The notes: a model not told the origin generated them from the sequence alone. Counted from the stretch's first letter, positions 44,318 through 55,437 are shown. The stretch is DNA of 64,000 nt from Candidatus Cloacimonadales bacterium (GCA_963678315.1 OY782781.1:2688001-2752000); one strand, 5' to 3'. Translations and numbers: made by a program.

Positions 44318-45265
44318 TTATATAGAAGGTATATATAGGTGTTGTTTACGCTCATTGAACTTTGAAATAAGCTGACCGTGCAAGTCTATTACTGCTTTCA
44401 TTGACTTTATTGCCTTAGCAGAGATAGACTTAGTTTCTGGCTCATAGAACCACTTTATTGATAAGAAGAGATCATCATCATCTAACATTTGTACAAACTT
44501 AGGAATATCAAAATCACTATCACTATATTTAAATTCAACAACTTTATCAATTGTTACATTGTAGTTCTGTACTCTTTGAGAATGCTTGTTAAAGAAGAAT
44601 TTATGTGAAGAAGATCCCACCTCTATTGTCTCAAGTGTTGATTCTAACTGTGAAGGAACAAGCTGTACTATTAGTTCAGGACCTTTGTAGCCGTTAAGTC
44701 TTGTAATAACTTTTATTGGAGCATCAATGGATGAGAGTTCTCCCACTCCTTCTCTTTCAGAGTAATTGAAGTTATTTTTAGAGTCATTTATCAACTCAAA
44801 ATACTCACTTAAGTGCTTATCATTTGATTTTTTAACTCTTGCTAAATATGTTTCTTTAGACTGTTTTAATCTTGGATTTCTTTCGGAAATTCTATATTTC
44901 TTAAGTAATTGTTGGTATTCGAAATTATAAGCATATAGCTTTCCTTTTACAGCTAAAGAGTCAAGGTTAGTTAAATGATTATTTAAATGTTCTTCTATTT
45001 TTTCTTGTAATGAATCAATGATAGCTTCATCATTGTCTTTTAATCTTCCTTTTTTTGCTTCATCAATATTGTCAGATGCAGTCTTATAGTCTTCAGCTTG
45101 ATATGCTTCAATAGCTCTTTTGAGGAGTCTACTCTTAGCATCTTCTACACTATATTTAAATCTAGTACTAGCACTATCTTGATTAGCTTCTTCTTTAGAG
45201 TTATTGCATCCTAAAACAACAATTGTACAAGCAAGAAGTAGGAATACGACTTTAGTAATTTTCAT
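44318..45265 (-). CDS. Hypothetical lipoprotein
   Basis: Lipobox VLGC; GGAGG SD. Confidence 0.78.
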   Translation of the reverse strand: MKITKVVFLLLACTIVVLGCNNSKEEANQDSASTRFKYSVEDAKSRLLKRAIEAYQAEDYKTASDNIDEAKKGRLKDNDEAIIDSLQEKIEEHLNNHLTNLDSLAVKGKLYAYNFEYQQLLKKYRISERNPRLKQSKETYLARVKKSNDKHLSEYFELINDSKNNFNYSEREGVGELSSIDAPIKVITRLNGYKGPELIVQLVPSQLESTLETIEVGSSSHKFFFNKHSQRVQNYNVTIDKVVEFKYSDSDFDIPKFVQMLDDDDLFLSIKWFYEPETKSISAKAIKSMKAVIDLHGQLISKFNERKQHLYIPSI

Positions 45266-45285
45266 TATGCCTCCATTAATTACAT

Positions 45286-47463
45286 TTATTTAATTATTTT
45301 TTCAATATCTTGTTTACTATATCTTTTATTCTCTTGTTGATAATTCTTTAATTGTCTGATGACATCACTTCTTAAATCTACGTAAGCTACAACTTTGTAG
45401 AACATATAATTACTAAAATCACCTACTCTATAATGAGTGAAAGAAGTGTCTTCAGTAAATCCAAGATAGAAGAAATAGTCTGATTCATTTGATATTTCAC
45501 TGTAATAGACAATATAACCAGCTGGATTAACAGGAGAATCATATATATTTTCAGTAACATCATCCCATTCTATCAGAGCATTAGAGTTTTGAAAAGAGAC
45601 CTGCACATTCTCTGGTATCTTTGGTGGAGCATATTCGCATATTCCTTTTAGAGGAACTGCAATGCGGGGATTATTCTCAGAAGTGTTGTATACAATTAGT
45701 GAATCGCTATAGCTTCCTACATGCTGAGGGAAGAAGTTAACTAAAACTTCTACTGAGCTGTTTGGCTCAATATCTACATTTAGTGAATCAAATACATAGT
45801 TAAAAGCACTCTGATTTTGGCTAAACTGGATATCTGTAATCTGGAAAGCCTTAGTTCCAATATTACTGAATATTAATGTAGAATCCGGTGAGCTATCTGT
45901 AAGGTATAATAATCCAAAGTTAATTCCATTATCATCTGAGAAATCAAGAATAGGATGTGCTATAGCCTCTATATAGTTAGTCATACTCTTAGTTTTAGAA
46001 TGATATTTATCACTAATTGTAAGAGAAACATCAAATAAGCCTTCTTGATTATATGTATGAACAGGACTTTCTTCATTAGAGCTTTGACCATCCCCAAAAT
46101 CCCATAGATAAGAAATAAGGTCACCCTGTGAACTTGATGTAAAAGCTACATCAAATGGGATATCTCCAGTCCAAACATTATTCGTAAAGTTAGCAATTAA
46201 GTCATACCCTTGCCCACTTACTGGAAATAGTTGAAACTGGTTGTTTACGTCATTACTAAGAATAATCAAGTTTCCTTCAATCAAATCATAATTAGTTGGA
46301 GTAAAGTTAACATCAACACTAACTGTTTCCATTGAATTAATGACTAAGTTTACATCTCTGTCTTCAGCCGTTACATTGAATTTGTTAGTAGAAGAAAGTA
46401 TATTGGATATGACTAAATCACTCCCTCCATAGTTAGAAAGTGAAAGAGAAAGGGTAGCTGTATCATTAATTGAAACATTACCAAATGCAAGTTCATTAAT
46501 ATCAATAAAGAGATATGGAGAACTCGCGATCTCGATAGTAACATAGTCTTCTTTGGTTGTTGTGGAAGAAACACCGTCCCAATTTACTGTTAAGGAAACA
46601 CTATATGTTCCAGGAGCATCATAAAAACAACTTGGGTTTTGCTCTGTAGAATCAATAATTCCATCATTATCAAAATCCCACTCCCATGAATCTACAGCTC
46701 CATCTGATAAATCTGTAAAGTTCACTGTAGAACCAAATAAACTAGATTGATTATCAACTGTGAAATCACATGAAACATCCCAGTTATCTTGGTGGTACAA
46801 TTCTTGTATATCAGCAATATCTAATACTCTATCATATACTCTAACATCATCAATATAGCCTTCGAAGTAACCGTCGTCTCCCCTACCAATTCTTAAATCG
46901 CCATTATTATCGTATGGAGGAACTGTAAAAGATTCTGTATCTATAAGTTGTCCATTAATATATGCTTTTAGAATATTGCCATTACTATCAAAGGTCATAG
47001 TTGCCATGAAATATTGATTAATGGCAGCACCCACATTTGAAAGAATCTGATAATCATTATCATATTCATCTTCATACCAGAACTCTATCTTAGGTTCGGA
47101 ACCTGTAGTTAAGTACTGAATTTGATAATAGTGTTCTGAAATACCTTTATCGATAATCTCGCCAATATTTAACTCTGTAGCCTTGTACCAGACATTGATA
47201 GTATAATTATCCGGAGTTAGAAACTCTGAGTCATCAATCTTTACAAAGGCATCTCCATTAAAATACAAAGCGCTATTTTCATTGCCAAATCTATCAGTTG
47301 AAAAGACAGCACCGAGGTTTTCCCCATCATTTCCATTTAGAGTTTGGTCGACAACTGTCTCATTAAAGGGGTAATAGGCTACTAATCCTGTATTTATGTC
47401 AGCAAAGACACTAGTTATTAGAATTAGGATTATTGAAAGCAATAGGATTCTTTTCATGTTCAT
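45286..47463 (-). CDS. Secreted LamG + PKD + ASH/Ig-like domain protein with FN3-like C-terminus
   Basis: GLVAYYPFN...DRFG..NSALYF...GYIDDVRVYDR (LamG); WEWDFDNDG and YLWDFGDG (PKD); FGNV..LSNYGGSDLVI (ASH-like). Confidence 0.85.
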   Translation of the reverse strand: MNMKRILLLSIILILITSVFADINTGLVAYYPFNETVVDQTLNGNDGENLGAVFSTDRFGNENSALYFNGDAFVKIDDSEFLTPDNYTINVWYKATELNIGEIIDKGISEHYYQIQYLTTGSEPKIEFWYEDEYDNDYQILSNVGAAINQYFMATMTFDSNGNILKAYINGQLIDTESFTVPPYDNNGDLRIGRGDDGYFEGYIDDVRVYDRVLDIADIQELYHQDNWDVSCDFTVDNQSSLFGSTVNFTDLSDGAVDSWEWDFDNDGIIDSTEQNPSCFYDAPGTYSVSLTVNWDGVSSTTTKEDYVTIEIASSPYLFIDINELAFGNVSINDTATLSLSLSNYGGSDLVISNILSSTNKFNVTAEDRDVNLVINSMETVSVDVNFTPTNYDLIEGNLIILSNDVNNQFQLFPVSGQGYDLIANFTNNVWTGDIPFDVAFTSSSQGDLISYLWDFGDGQSSNEESPVHTYNQEGLFDVSLTISDKYHSKTKSMTNYIEAIAHPILDFSDDNGINFGLLYLTDSSPDSTLIFSNIGTKAFQITDIQFSQNQSAFNYVFDSLNVDIEPNSSVEVLVNFFPQHVGSYSDSLIVYNTSENNPRIAVPLKGICEYAPPKIPENVQVSFQNSNALIEWDDVTENIYDSPVNPAGYIVYYSEISNESDYFFYLGFTEDTSFTHYRVGDFSNYMFYKVVAYVDLRSDVIRQLKNYQQENKRYSKQDIEKIIK

Positions 47464-47473
47464 CTCGTTGATA

Positions 47474-47980
47474 TTATTCAGTGTAAAGGGCAATAAATGT
47501 AAGTTCTTGATTTAAAGCGTAATATGTTTCCATTTTCAATTTGAATAATTGATATCCAAATAAGAATTCTTCGTACTCTGATTGTATTTCAGCTTCAGGA
47601 TTAGTACTTGCTGCTTTTAAAGCTTCAGCATCGAGTTCTTTAGCCGCTCTCAATCCATTATATAGGGCACTATTAGCTTCAATAAATTCTTTATGAAGAA
47701 ACTTAATTTCAATAGTTTCCCCATCTATCAATGCCATTTGTTGAAGGTATTCTTCCATAGAATCAAGATAGCCACCTTGTAAGTGTTCTATTAGTTCAAA
47801 CAATGCTTGACTATCACTATTATCGATTCTTCTTAGTAATCCTTCAAGCTCGGTATTTTCGATTAAATCTTGATGTTTCTCTACAGCTTTCTTATAGTTC
47901 AATATATCTTCTTTTATTGTTACAGCAAAAACACTAGTAGTTAAAAATGTTATTAGTAAAACAATGATTATCTTTTTCAT
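47474..47980 (-). CDS. Secreted helical hypothetical protein
   Basis: Signal peptide MKKIIIVLLITFLTTSVFA; start overlaps the rfaD stop (TAATG). Confidence 0.75.
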   Translation of the reverse strand: MKKIIIVLLITFLTTSVFAVTIKEDILNYKKAVEKHQDLIENTELEGLLRRIDNSDSQALFELIEHLQGGYLDSMEEYLQQMALIDGETIEIKFLHKEFIEANSALYNGLRAAKELDAEALKAASTNPEAEIQSEYEEFLFGYQLFKLKMETYYALNQELTFIALYTE

Positions 47981-48948
47981 TAATATGTCCTTAAATCTTT
48001 ATTTAAATAGTTTATTACGTAGTCTTTTACAGCATCCTCAAGTTTTGTGAACTTCACTGGGCATCCAGCATCCATCAGCTTTTGATTATCTGCTTTTGTA
48101 TAATACTGATACTTCTTTTTTAAGTGTTGAGGCATGGGGATATACTCAATGCTAGGTGTTAAATCAAGAGCAGAGAATACACTCTTTACAAGGTCATTCC
48201 AAGTTCTCGCTTGACCAGTACCAATGTTAAATATACCATTAATTTTAGGGTTTTTCATTAGCCAGTAAATTATCTTTGCAACATCCTTAACGTAAACAAA
48301 GTCTCTCATTTGTTCTCCGTCTGCATAGTCCGGATTCTCAGATTTAAACAATTTTACAGAGCCATTTTCTTTTATTTGGAAGAAAGAATTATACACAACA
48401 CTAGTCATAGATCCTTTATGATACTCATTAGGTCCAAAAACATTAAAGAACTTTAGCCCACATACATTATTAATTAAACCTGATTTAATAGCGACTTCAT
48501 CTAAGAACTGTTTTGAATAGCCATACATGTTTAAAGGTCTATAATTTGGTGTAACATCATGGTCATCAGAGTAGCCTTTAGATCCATCTCCATAGGTTGC
48601 AGCAGATGATGCATAAATGAATCTAACATTATTCTCAATTGACCACTCCATAAGAATACGAGTGTACTCAGTATTATTAGAATAGAGATAATCAGCATCT
48701 AATTCAGTTGTTGAAGAACATGCTCCCATATGAATAATGGCTTCGATTTCAGGCAATGAGTCTTCTAGTAATTCTTCTATAAACTTACTTTTATGAATAT
48801 ATTCATCGTACTTTTTGCCGACTAAGTTCTTCCACTTTTCTGTTTTAGAAAGGTTATCTACAATAATTATATCTTCCCTACCCTTCTTATTCAAATATGA
48901 TACAACTGCACTTCCAATTAAGCCAGCACCACCTGTAACTATTATCAT
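47980..48948 (-). CDS. rfaD: ADP-L-glycero-D-manno-heptose 6-epimerase
   Basis: IIVTGGAGLIGS, HMGACSSTTE, YASSAATYG, YGYSK, FNVFGPNEYHKG. Confidence 0.95.
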   Translation of the reverse strand: MIIVTGGAGLIGSAVVSYLNKKGREDIIIVDNLSKTEKWKNLVGKKYDEYIHKSKFIEELLEDSLPEIEAIIHMGACSSTTELDADYLYSNNTEYTRILMEWSIENNVRFIYASSAATYGDGSKGYSDDHDVTPNYRPLNMYGYSKQFLDEVAIKSGLINNVCGLKFFNVFGPNEYHKGSMTSVVYNSFFQIKENGSVKLFKSENPDYADGEQMRDFVYVKDVAKIIYWLMKNPKINGIFNIGTGQARTWNDLVKSVFSALDLTPSIEYIPMPQHLKKKYQYYTKADNQKLMDAGCPVKFTKLEDAVKDYVINYLNKDLRTY

Positions 48949-49751
48949 TACATCCTCCAATTCTTCATAATAAGCAATAAGAAATAAAATATTGGGGCTG
49001 ATACAAATAGACTATCAAATCTATCAATAAGACCACCATGTCCAGGTATTAAGTTAGAACTATCTTTTACTTTTAAATCTCTCTTTATTATTGATTCAAT
49101 TAAATCGCCAAACTGTCCAAATATCCCTGCTGATATTACAGCAAATAAAAGATGTTGCCATTCAAATAAATCTGTAAACAGGTATATCAACAAACCAGTA
49201 ATACCTGTTAATATAAAACCACCCAAGAAGCCTTCTAGTGACTTCTTTGGACTAGCAATAAATATATTCCTATGTTTTCCAAACTTCATACCAATAAAGT
49301 AAGCGAAAGAATCTGTTGTCCAACAAAATATTTGCAATAACAATACTAATTTATAACCTGCAAATTCATTTGATAATCTATAAATAGACGCAGGCATAAT
49401 CATAGTATAAACTACAGCCAGTAGAGAAAAGCCTATAATTGAGGCGGCTTGTTCAATTCTGTTTGTTAAAACATTGTGTCCAGCTACAAAAATAAAAGTT
49501 CCAACAATAATAAAGTAAATATACTCAAAACCTTGTATAGAACTTATCAAGAATATTGGTATTGATAAGGGCACAAGTAAAACAGGTACATAAAGCCCTT
49601 TACCTTCTTTTATTATATTGCGAATTTCCCAAGTTGCACCAAAACTAAGAAGTCCTAGAAACACAAGAAGGGCTATATCACCATAATAATAAATAAGCAA
49701 TAATAAAGGGATAAAGATTAGAGCTACAATTACTCTTTTTATTAGTTCCAT
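48948..49751 (-). CDS. cdsA: Phosphatidate cytidylyltransferase
   Basis: DSFAYF, SPKKSLEG, GDLIES..KR..VKDS..IPGHGG..DRFD. Confidence 0.95.
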   Translation of the reverse strand: MELIKRVIVALIFIPLLLLIYYYGDIALLVFLGLLSFGATWEIRNIIKEGKGLYVPVLLVPLSIPIFLISSIQGFEYIYFIIVGTFIFVAGHNVLTNRIEQAASIIGFSLLAVVYTMIMPASIYRLSNEFAGYKLVLLLQIFCWTTDSFAYFIGMKFGKHRNIFIASPKKSLEGFLGGFILTGITGLLIYLFTDLFEWQHLLFAVISAGIFGQFGDLIESIIKRDLKVKDSSNLIPGHGGLIDRFDSLFVSAPIFYFLLLIMKNWRM

Positions 49752-50489
49752 TTACTCAGCTCCATAGCGTCTATTTCTTTTTTGATAATTTAGAATAGCC
49801 GTAACAAAATCTTCTTTTGAGAAGTCTGGCCATAATACGTCGGTAAAGCAAAACTCAGTATAAGCTGATTGCCATAACAAGTAATTAGAGAGTCGTTGTT
49901 CTCCACTTGTTCTAATCATTAGCTCAGGATCAGGTATATTTGCAGTATATAGGTGTTCTGCTATTATCTCTTCACTGATATCTTCTGCCTTAAGTTCATG
50001 TTTTTGAACCTTATCTGCCAAACTTTTTACAGCATCAAGGATTTCTCTTCTTCCCCCATAGTTAAATGCTACATTAACATTTAAGCCTGTATTAGCTAGA
50101 GATTTAGCACAAGCCTTCTCAATTTTATCAAGATAGTTTTTATCTAAATTCTCTTTTGATCCAATGAATTTAACTCTAACATTATTTTCTATCAATTCGT
50201 CTATTTCTTTTAATAGAGTATTCAGGATTAGTTTTAATAGACCTGAAACTTCGCTGTCTTGTCTTCTCCAGTTCTCTGTAGAAAAGGCATAAAGGGTAAG
50301 ATATTCAATTCCAAGTTCATGACAAACTTCTATAGTTTCTCTTACAGCTCTAGCACCGTGTTTATGTCCATAAAGCCTATTTTGTAGTCTTTTCTTAGCC
50401 CATCTTCCGTTGCCATCCATAATAACGGAAACATGTTTTGGAATATTATTCTTATCAACTTGTTCCAGAAGTGTTTTATAATCTCTCAT
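49752..50489 (-). CDS. uppS: Undecaprenyl diphosphate synthase
   Basis: IMDGNGRWA, YAFSTENW, IRTSGEQRLSNYLLWQ. Confidence 0.97.
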   Translation of the reverse strand: MRDYKTLLEQVDKNNIPKHVSVIMDGNGRWAKKRLQNRLYGHKHGARAVRETIEVCHELGIEYLTLYAFSTENWRRQDSEVSGLLKLILNTLLKEIDELIENNVRVKFIGSKENLDKNYLDKIEKACAKSLANTGLNVNVAFNYGGRREILDAVKSLADKVQKHELKAEDISEEIIAEHLYTANIPDPELMIRTSGEQRLSNYLLWQSAYTEFCFTDVLWPDFSKEDFVTAILNYQKRNRRYGAE

Positions 50490-51594
50490 CTATTTCTCCG
50501 CTTTCCATTTTAGGTAAGAATTTATAAATTCATTTAAATCGCCATTCATAACTCTTTCAGTATTACCAATATCATAATTTGTTCTATGATCTTTAACCAT
50601 CTGATATGGATGGAAAACATAAGAACGAATCTGACTTCCCCAAGAGATATCACTCTTAGAATCTTCAGTTTCTTGTCTCTCTTTTCTTCTTTCTTCTTCT
50701 AATTGTTCATATATTCTTGATTTCAAAATCTGCATTGCTTTTTCTTTATTTTGTGTTTGAGAACGTTGATTTTGACAAGACACAACTATATTAGTTGGTA
50801 AATGGGTTATTCTTACAGCTGAATCAGTTGTATTGACATGTTGACCACCAGCCCCACTAGCTCTATATGTGTCTATTTTAAGATCTTTTTGATTGATTTC
50901 AACTTCAATATCATCTTCTATCTGAGCATAAACAAAGACAGATGCAAAAGATGTCTGTCTTTTACCCTGAGCATTGAAAGGTGAGATACGAACTAATCTA
51001 TGAACACCAATTTCTGATTTTAAGAATCCAAATGCATAATCACCAGTAATCTCAACAGAAACAGATTTAACTCCTGCTTCGTCACCGTTGACATACTCAA
51101 CAATATCATACTTATAGCCGTTACTATCACACCATTTGGTATACATTCTCAACAACATTTCAGCCCAGTCTTGAGATTCAGTTCCACCTGCGCCAGGGTG
51201 AATACTTAAGATAGCATTATTGTGATCAAATTTGCCATTAAGGAGAAACTCTACTTCGTATTTATCAATAACTTTTTGTGTATCATTAATATATTCAACA
51301 ATTTCATCAGCTAAATCTTTTTCGAATTCTTCGTCTATGAGTAATGAATAAGTATCTATGTCATCAATAAAATTTTCTAATTCTGTTAGCTGTTCAGATT
51401 TGTTCTTTAAGTTAGATAGTTCTTTTGTTACTTTTTTAGCATTATCCTGATTGTTCCAGAAATCAGGATCATTCATAATTTGTTCTAATTTATTTATTTG
51501 CTTATCGATATCAGTCTTGTCAAAGTAACCTCCTGATATCGTTGATTCTCGTAGATATATCTTTAAAATTCTTTTTAATTTCGAAAACTTCCAT
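50490..51594 (-). CDS. prfB: Peptide chain release factor 2, +1 programmed frameshift
   Basis: 24-codon first frame from ATG 51594 ends AGG AGG TTA CTT TGA C; the +1 frame joins the ORF carrying the SPF and GGQ motifs. Confidence 0.97.
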
Positions 51595-51647
51595 TAAAAC
51601 TCCATCTTTTTTCTCAAATATTTATAATTCTAATTTTTAGTCAATAA

Positions 51648-52955
51648 CTAGTTACTATTATCAGATTGACGGGGTAAGTTAAGTGTTTTTATATGTAAAT
51701 CTCTTTGAGGGAATGGTATTTCAATATTATGTTCTTTAAGTGTGTCCCAGATATTAAACAATACCTCACTCTGAATATTTAATACACCTGATTGGGGATC
51801 GTTAATCCAAAATGTTACTTTAAAATCTACAGAGGAATCTCCAAAATTTGTTAGATAGACCATTAATTTTGGTCGTTTAAGAACCCTTTCACACTTCTCA
51901 GTCGCTTCTTCCAATAGACCCTTCACTAAATGAATATCTGAGTTATAAGACACCCCTACATTAACAGATTGCATGACTAACTTATTAGAGTGAGACCAGT
52001 TAATAACTTGATTTGTAATAAATTGCTCATTGGGAATAAGATGTTCTTTCCCCTCAACAGTGACTATTGAAGTATATCGTGATGCCATGACTTTCACAAC
52101 ACCAAAATGGTCATCTACTTCAACTACATCTCCGGGTTTAAGGGAGTTATCCAAGAGTAAGGTTACACCACTAATAAGATTAGCAACAATCTTTTGCAGA
52201 CCAAAACCAATACCGACACCGAGAGCAGAAGTAAACAGTGCTAAAGTGCTTAAGTCAATACCTATAGCATTTATAAATAGAATAGTTGCTATTATGAAGC
52301 CAAAGATTCTTATCCCTTTAGTAAGTAAGACCTTTATTGAAGGATTCAAATCAGCACTTTGTTCAATTCTATGAGAAAAGAAGTCTGTTAGAATTGTAGT
52401 TATTTTGAAAAAGACAATCATATATAAAAGACTTTTAATTACAGTATATATTGAAAGTCTAATCCCTGATATTGTAACAGCTAATGAATCAAGAAGAATA
52501 GCAGTATCACTATACAGATTAAGAACATTTAATATAATGATGAGCCAAGTACTAGTAGTAACTATTTTTCTGAAGAATGCATTTTTTATTACATTGGTTG
52601 ATAACCTAATAGCTACCCATAAAAAGAGTATTACATAAGTTTGAGTTAATATAGGAACACCAACCCCGAAATATCTTAAAACTTCTGTTACCAATGCAAA
52701 TACTAAAGCTATATTAAGTCTTTTCTTAACAGGAAGATAGAATTTTAAAAATAAATCAAGATAGTAGTTGTGTTTTATCCCATCAACATAGTTATTTATA
52801 AGTCTAGATAAATATCTATTTAGAATAGCTGTTGCAACTAATAGCACCAATACAATAAATAATTGCAAGAATATGCTACTATTTTGATATGGCTCTACAA
52901 AAACATCTATTCTATATTGTAGGGTTGAACCTATTTTATCCATTAACTCTGACAT
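51648..52955 (-). CDS. Small-conductance mechanosensitive channel (MscS family)
   Basis: GVGIGFGLQKIVANLISG, IPNEQF..NWS, GVSYNSD, FGDSS, IEIPFPQRDLH. Confidence 0.92.
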   Translation of the reverse strand: MSELMDKIGSTLQYRIDVFVEPYQNSSIFLQLFIVLVLLVATAILNRYLSRLINNYVDGIKHNYYLDLFLKFYLPVKKRLNIALVFALVTEVLRYFGVGVPILTQTYVILFLWVAIRLSTNVIKNAFFRKIVTTSTWLIIILNVLNLYSDTAILLDSLAVTISGIRLSIYTVIKSLLYMIVFFKITTILTDFFSHRIEQSADLNPSIKVLLTKGIRIFGFIIATILFINAIGIDLSTLALFTSALGVGIGFGLQKIVANLISGVTLLLDNSLKPGDVVEVDDHFGVVKVMASRYTSIVTVEGKEHLIPNEQFITNQVINWSHSNKLVMQSVNVGVSYNSDIHLVKGLLEEATEKCERVLKRPKLMVYLTNFGDSSVDFKVTFWINDPQSGVLNIQSEVLFNIWDTLKEHNIEIPFPQRDLHIKTLNLPRQSDNSN

Positions 52956-52966
52956 TTATTCCTCTT

Positions 52967-53638
52967 CTACTTTACTTTTTTTATTATCTTTGTACCATCA
53001 TAGTCATAATTGTATTCGAACAATACATTCTTATTTTCATTAATAGTTTTCTTAGTCAAAATAGACTTATTATACTGATAATCAAAACTAGCATCTGAGT
53101 TATCCCATTCAATCTTACTAACTAGTTTACTATCATTATATAAGACCTTTCCTGAATAGTACTTTCCCTTACTCAGGATATTGAAAGAATCATAGTTTAT
53201 TTGGAATGGTATTACTTCGAAAGTTGACACCAAGTCATCGTTAGACTTATTAACAATGAATTTAATTAATTCAGTATCATTATAAAAGAATCTATAGCTT
53301 CTACTTTTATTAGTATAATCGACATAAAGCCTGTTCCATTCTTTATTTACACCAAAAATATATTTACTCAATTCGAAGTATGATCTAGTTAAATGAGTAT
53401 TTGAGTTAATCTTAATTAGCTTATTTCCTACATAAGTAAATACATAGTTTCCCTTTGTGTTCTCATCAACTTCGTCAAGTCTATTAACTCCCTCTATCTC
53501 AAAGTTAGAATTAACTCGTATATCTTCATAATGAACCACTTTCTTTTGTACATCACTAGTCTTTTCAGTGTTTTTTCTTGTAGTTGTACAGCTCAATAAT
53601 AAAATCAATAAAACAATTATAAAAACTAATTTCTTCAT
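52967..53638 (-). CDS. Hypothetical lipoprotein
   Basis: Lipobox LLSC; GGAG SD. Confidence 0.75.
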   Translation of the reverse strand: MKKLVFIIVLLILLLSCTTTRKNTEKTSDVQKKVVHYEDIRVNSNFEIEGVNRLDEVDENTKGNYVFTYVGNKLIKINSNTHLTRSYFELSKYIFGVNKEWNRLYVDYTNKSRSYRFFYNDTELIKFIVNKSNDDLVSTFEVIPFQINYDSFNILSKGKYYSGKVLYNDSKLVSKIEWDNSDASFDYQYNKSILTKKTINENKNVLFEYNYDYDGTKIIKKVK

Positions 53639-53667
53639 TGTATCTCCAAGATTAATTGGTTACGTTC

Positions 53668-53705
53668 AAAAAACTCTAGGCTCTTTATAATTAGAGTTCT
53701 AGAGT
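53668..53705 (-). terminator. Terminator after the TrmB-family gene
   Basis: Minus strand ACTCTAGAACTCT...AGAGCCTAGAGT followed by a T-run. Confidence 0.65.
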
Positions 53706-53715
53706 AACATTTTAA

Positions 53716-54513
53716 TTAAAATATCGACTCACTCATATTCCATAAATATTCGAATAAACTTCTAAACAAAATTACTACATCCTTGTTTCTAACAATATAC
53801 CCTTTTAGATTATTTTGACTGTTTATTCCTGTCTTATCAGAAGTGACCACTACTGCAACATTATTATCAATAATATGCATATAGAATGGCACTTGATTTA
53901 ATTTTCTTACTTCCTGCCCTAAAGATTTGTTTTGCATTGCATATCTGAAGTTTGACATATCTGCTAAATATGAACTTTCGTATATTGTCTTTACTTTGAC
54001 ACTGCTGACAAGAGCTTTAAGGATACTTTTTTGTTCTGAATAGGTTTCAAATAGATCGCTTTTAAAATAAGAAACAATATCTACCCTAGCACTGTTCAAA
54101 GCTAAGTCTATTTCTCTTTTAATATCTTTTAAGTCTGTATGTACCTCAATGTTAAAGGTATTTTCTCTTTTAATAGTACTTGTATCCTGTATATTTCTTA
54201 ACAGTTCAGGAAGAGACTTAAATGATTGTAGAGTATCGAATGTTTTATTTTGAAATGCTGTTTGCATATTATTTATCCCTACAAATGGATCTAGTGCTGT
54301 AAATCTCTTTTTACCGACCTCGCTCTGTGTGACTAAACCTTTATCTATTAAACGATAAAGCACATCATAAGCCTTGGATCTAGGTATCCCGGATTCTTTA
54401 CTAATTTCTGTTGCTGTTTGCTCTCTTTTCTTTACTACAGCAACATATACTTTTATCTCATATTCACTAAGTCCGATGTCAGCTAATTTCTTATTTAATG
54501 CATTTTGTTCCAT
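53716..54513 (-). CDS. TrmB-family transcriptional regulator
   Basis: GLSEYEIKVY...ATEISKESGIPRSKAYDVLYRLIDKGLV wHTH; C-terminal HIID and F..LW effector-like domain. Confidence 0.9.
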   Translation of the reverse strand: MEQNALNKKLADIGLSEYEIKVYVAVVKKREQTATEISKESGIPRSKAYDVLYRLIDKGLVTQSEVGKKRFTALDPFVGINNMQTAFQNKTFDTLQSFKSLPELLRNIQDTSTIKRENTFNIEVHTDLKDIKREIDLALNSARVDIVSYFKSDLFETYSEQKSILKALVSSVKVKTIYESSYLADMSNFRYAMQNKSLGQEVRKLNQVPFYMHIIDNNVAVVVTSDKTGINSQNNLKGYIVRNKDVVILFRSLFEYLWNMSESIF

Positions 54514-54693
54514 TAATACTCCTAAAATAGTATTTTAAAAGTATATTTTTCTTTTGTCAATAAATATCTTTAGCTTTTCTCTAAAGTTGTTTCTTTATTA
54601 AGTTTGTGTTAGTATTATTGCAGACAGTTAGTTTGCTATTTGGTTTAAAGTTATATCCTGTCATGCCTTAATAATTTATTGATAACAAGAACT

Positions 54694-54993
54694 TCATTTT
54701 CTACTGTTTTTATTGGGATATGGCTTAGTAAACATGCCCCAAATAATATGAACAATTACTGCTACAATTAAGCCATTAATAATTATTCCTCCAATATTAT
54801 AGCCTAAAACATGCTTACTTGATGCTGAGCCCAAATTTAAGTATAATATTATTCCAATTTGTATAATTATTGTAAGAAAAAATGATATTATGCTTGCTTT
54901 GTTTAAGCTATCACAAAAACCCTTGAAGTTAAACTTGAAAAACATCCACATAAGTACTCCTAGATTGCTCAATTCTGCATTATCATTATTCAC
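54694..54993 (-). CDS. Small hypothetical membrane protein
   Basis: 99 aa, GTG start, two hydrophobic segments, weak SD. Confidence 0.5.
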   Translation of the reverse strand: MNNDNAELSNLGVLMWMFFKFNFKGFCDSLNKASIISFFLTIIIQIGIILYLNLGSASSKHVLGYNIGGIIINGLIVAVIVHIIWGMFTKPYPNKNSRK

Positions 54994-55011
54994 TTTCTAT
55001 TTAAATCTATA

Positions 55012-55359
55012 TCGTCCCTTTGGGACTAAACTTGCTCTTCATTGTCAATTATCAATTCATCCTCACATCTCCCACTATGAAATCATAGGCTCTGAAGAGA
55101 TATGTCCCCAAGCTACATTACATTCTTTGACCCTGTAAGGGTTAATCTTAAAAGAGCCCTGGGTTTTAACCCTGGGTGATAAGATTGGAGCTAATTTTTT
55201 CCATCTTTTTTTTATTTAACAAACATCCTTTCGTCTCTACAAATTCACTTATAACTACGTTCTAAGTAAAGCCAGCACAGAGGCTGAGCGTTCCCAGGGT
55301 CCTGACTCCTCTTTGCCAGCTATCCGGCAGCAGCCGGACTAAAGGCAAAGCGTTCCCAG
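55012..55359. repeat. Mosaic REP-like cluster 3
   Basis: TCGTCCCTTTGGGACTAAA; ACCCTGTAAGGGTTAATCTT plus CCCTGGG hairpin; CGTCTCTACAAATTCA; two GCGTTCCCAG-ended hairpins, one identical to 34381-34431. Confidence 0.8.
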
Positions 55360-55437
55360 TGTCCCACCTCCTGCCTTAAGGGTCTCTTTGAAAAATTGGC
55401 TTTTTTCAAAGAGGCAAGTAAGGGTCAAGTATTGTAG

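Noticed and set aside
50490..51594. prfB as a frameshifted pseudogene
   Set aside because: The break is the canonical CTT-TGA programmed frameshift with an upstream SD.
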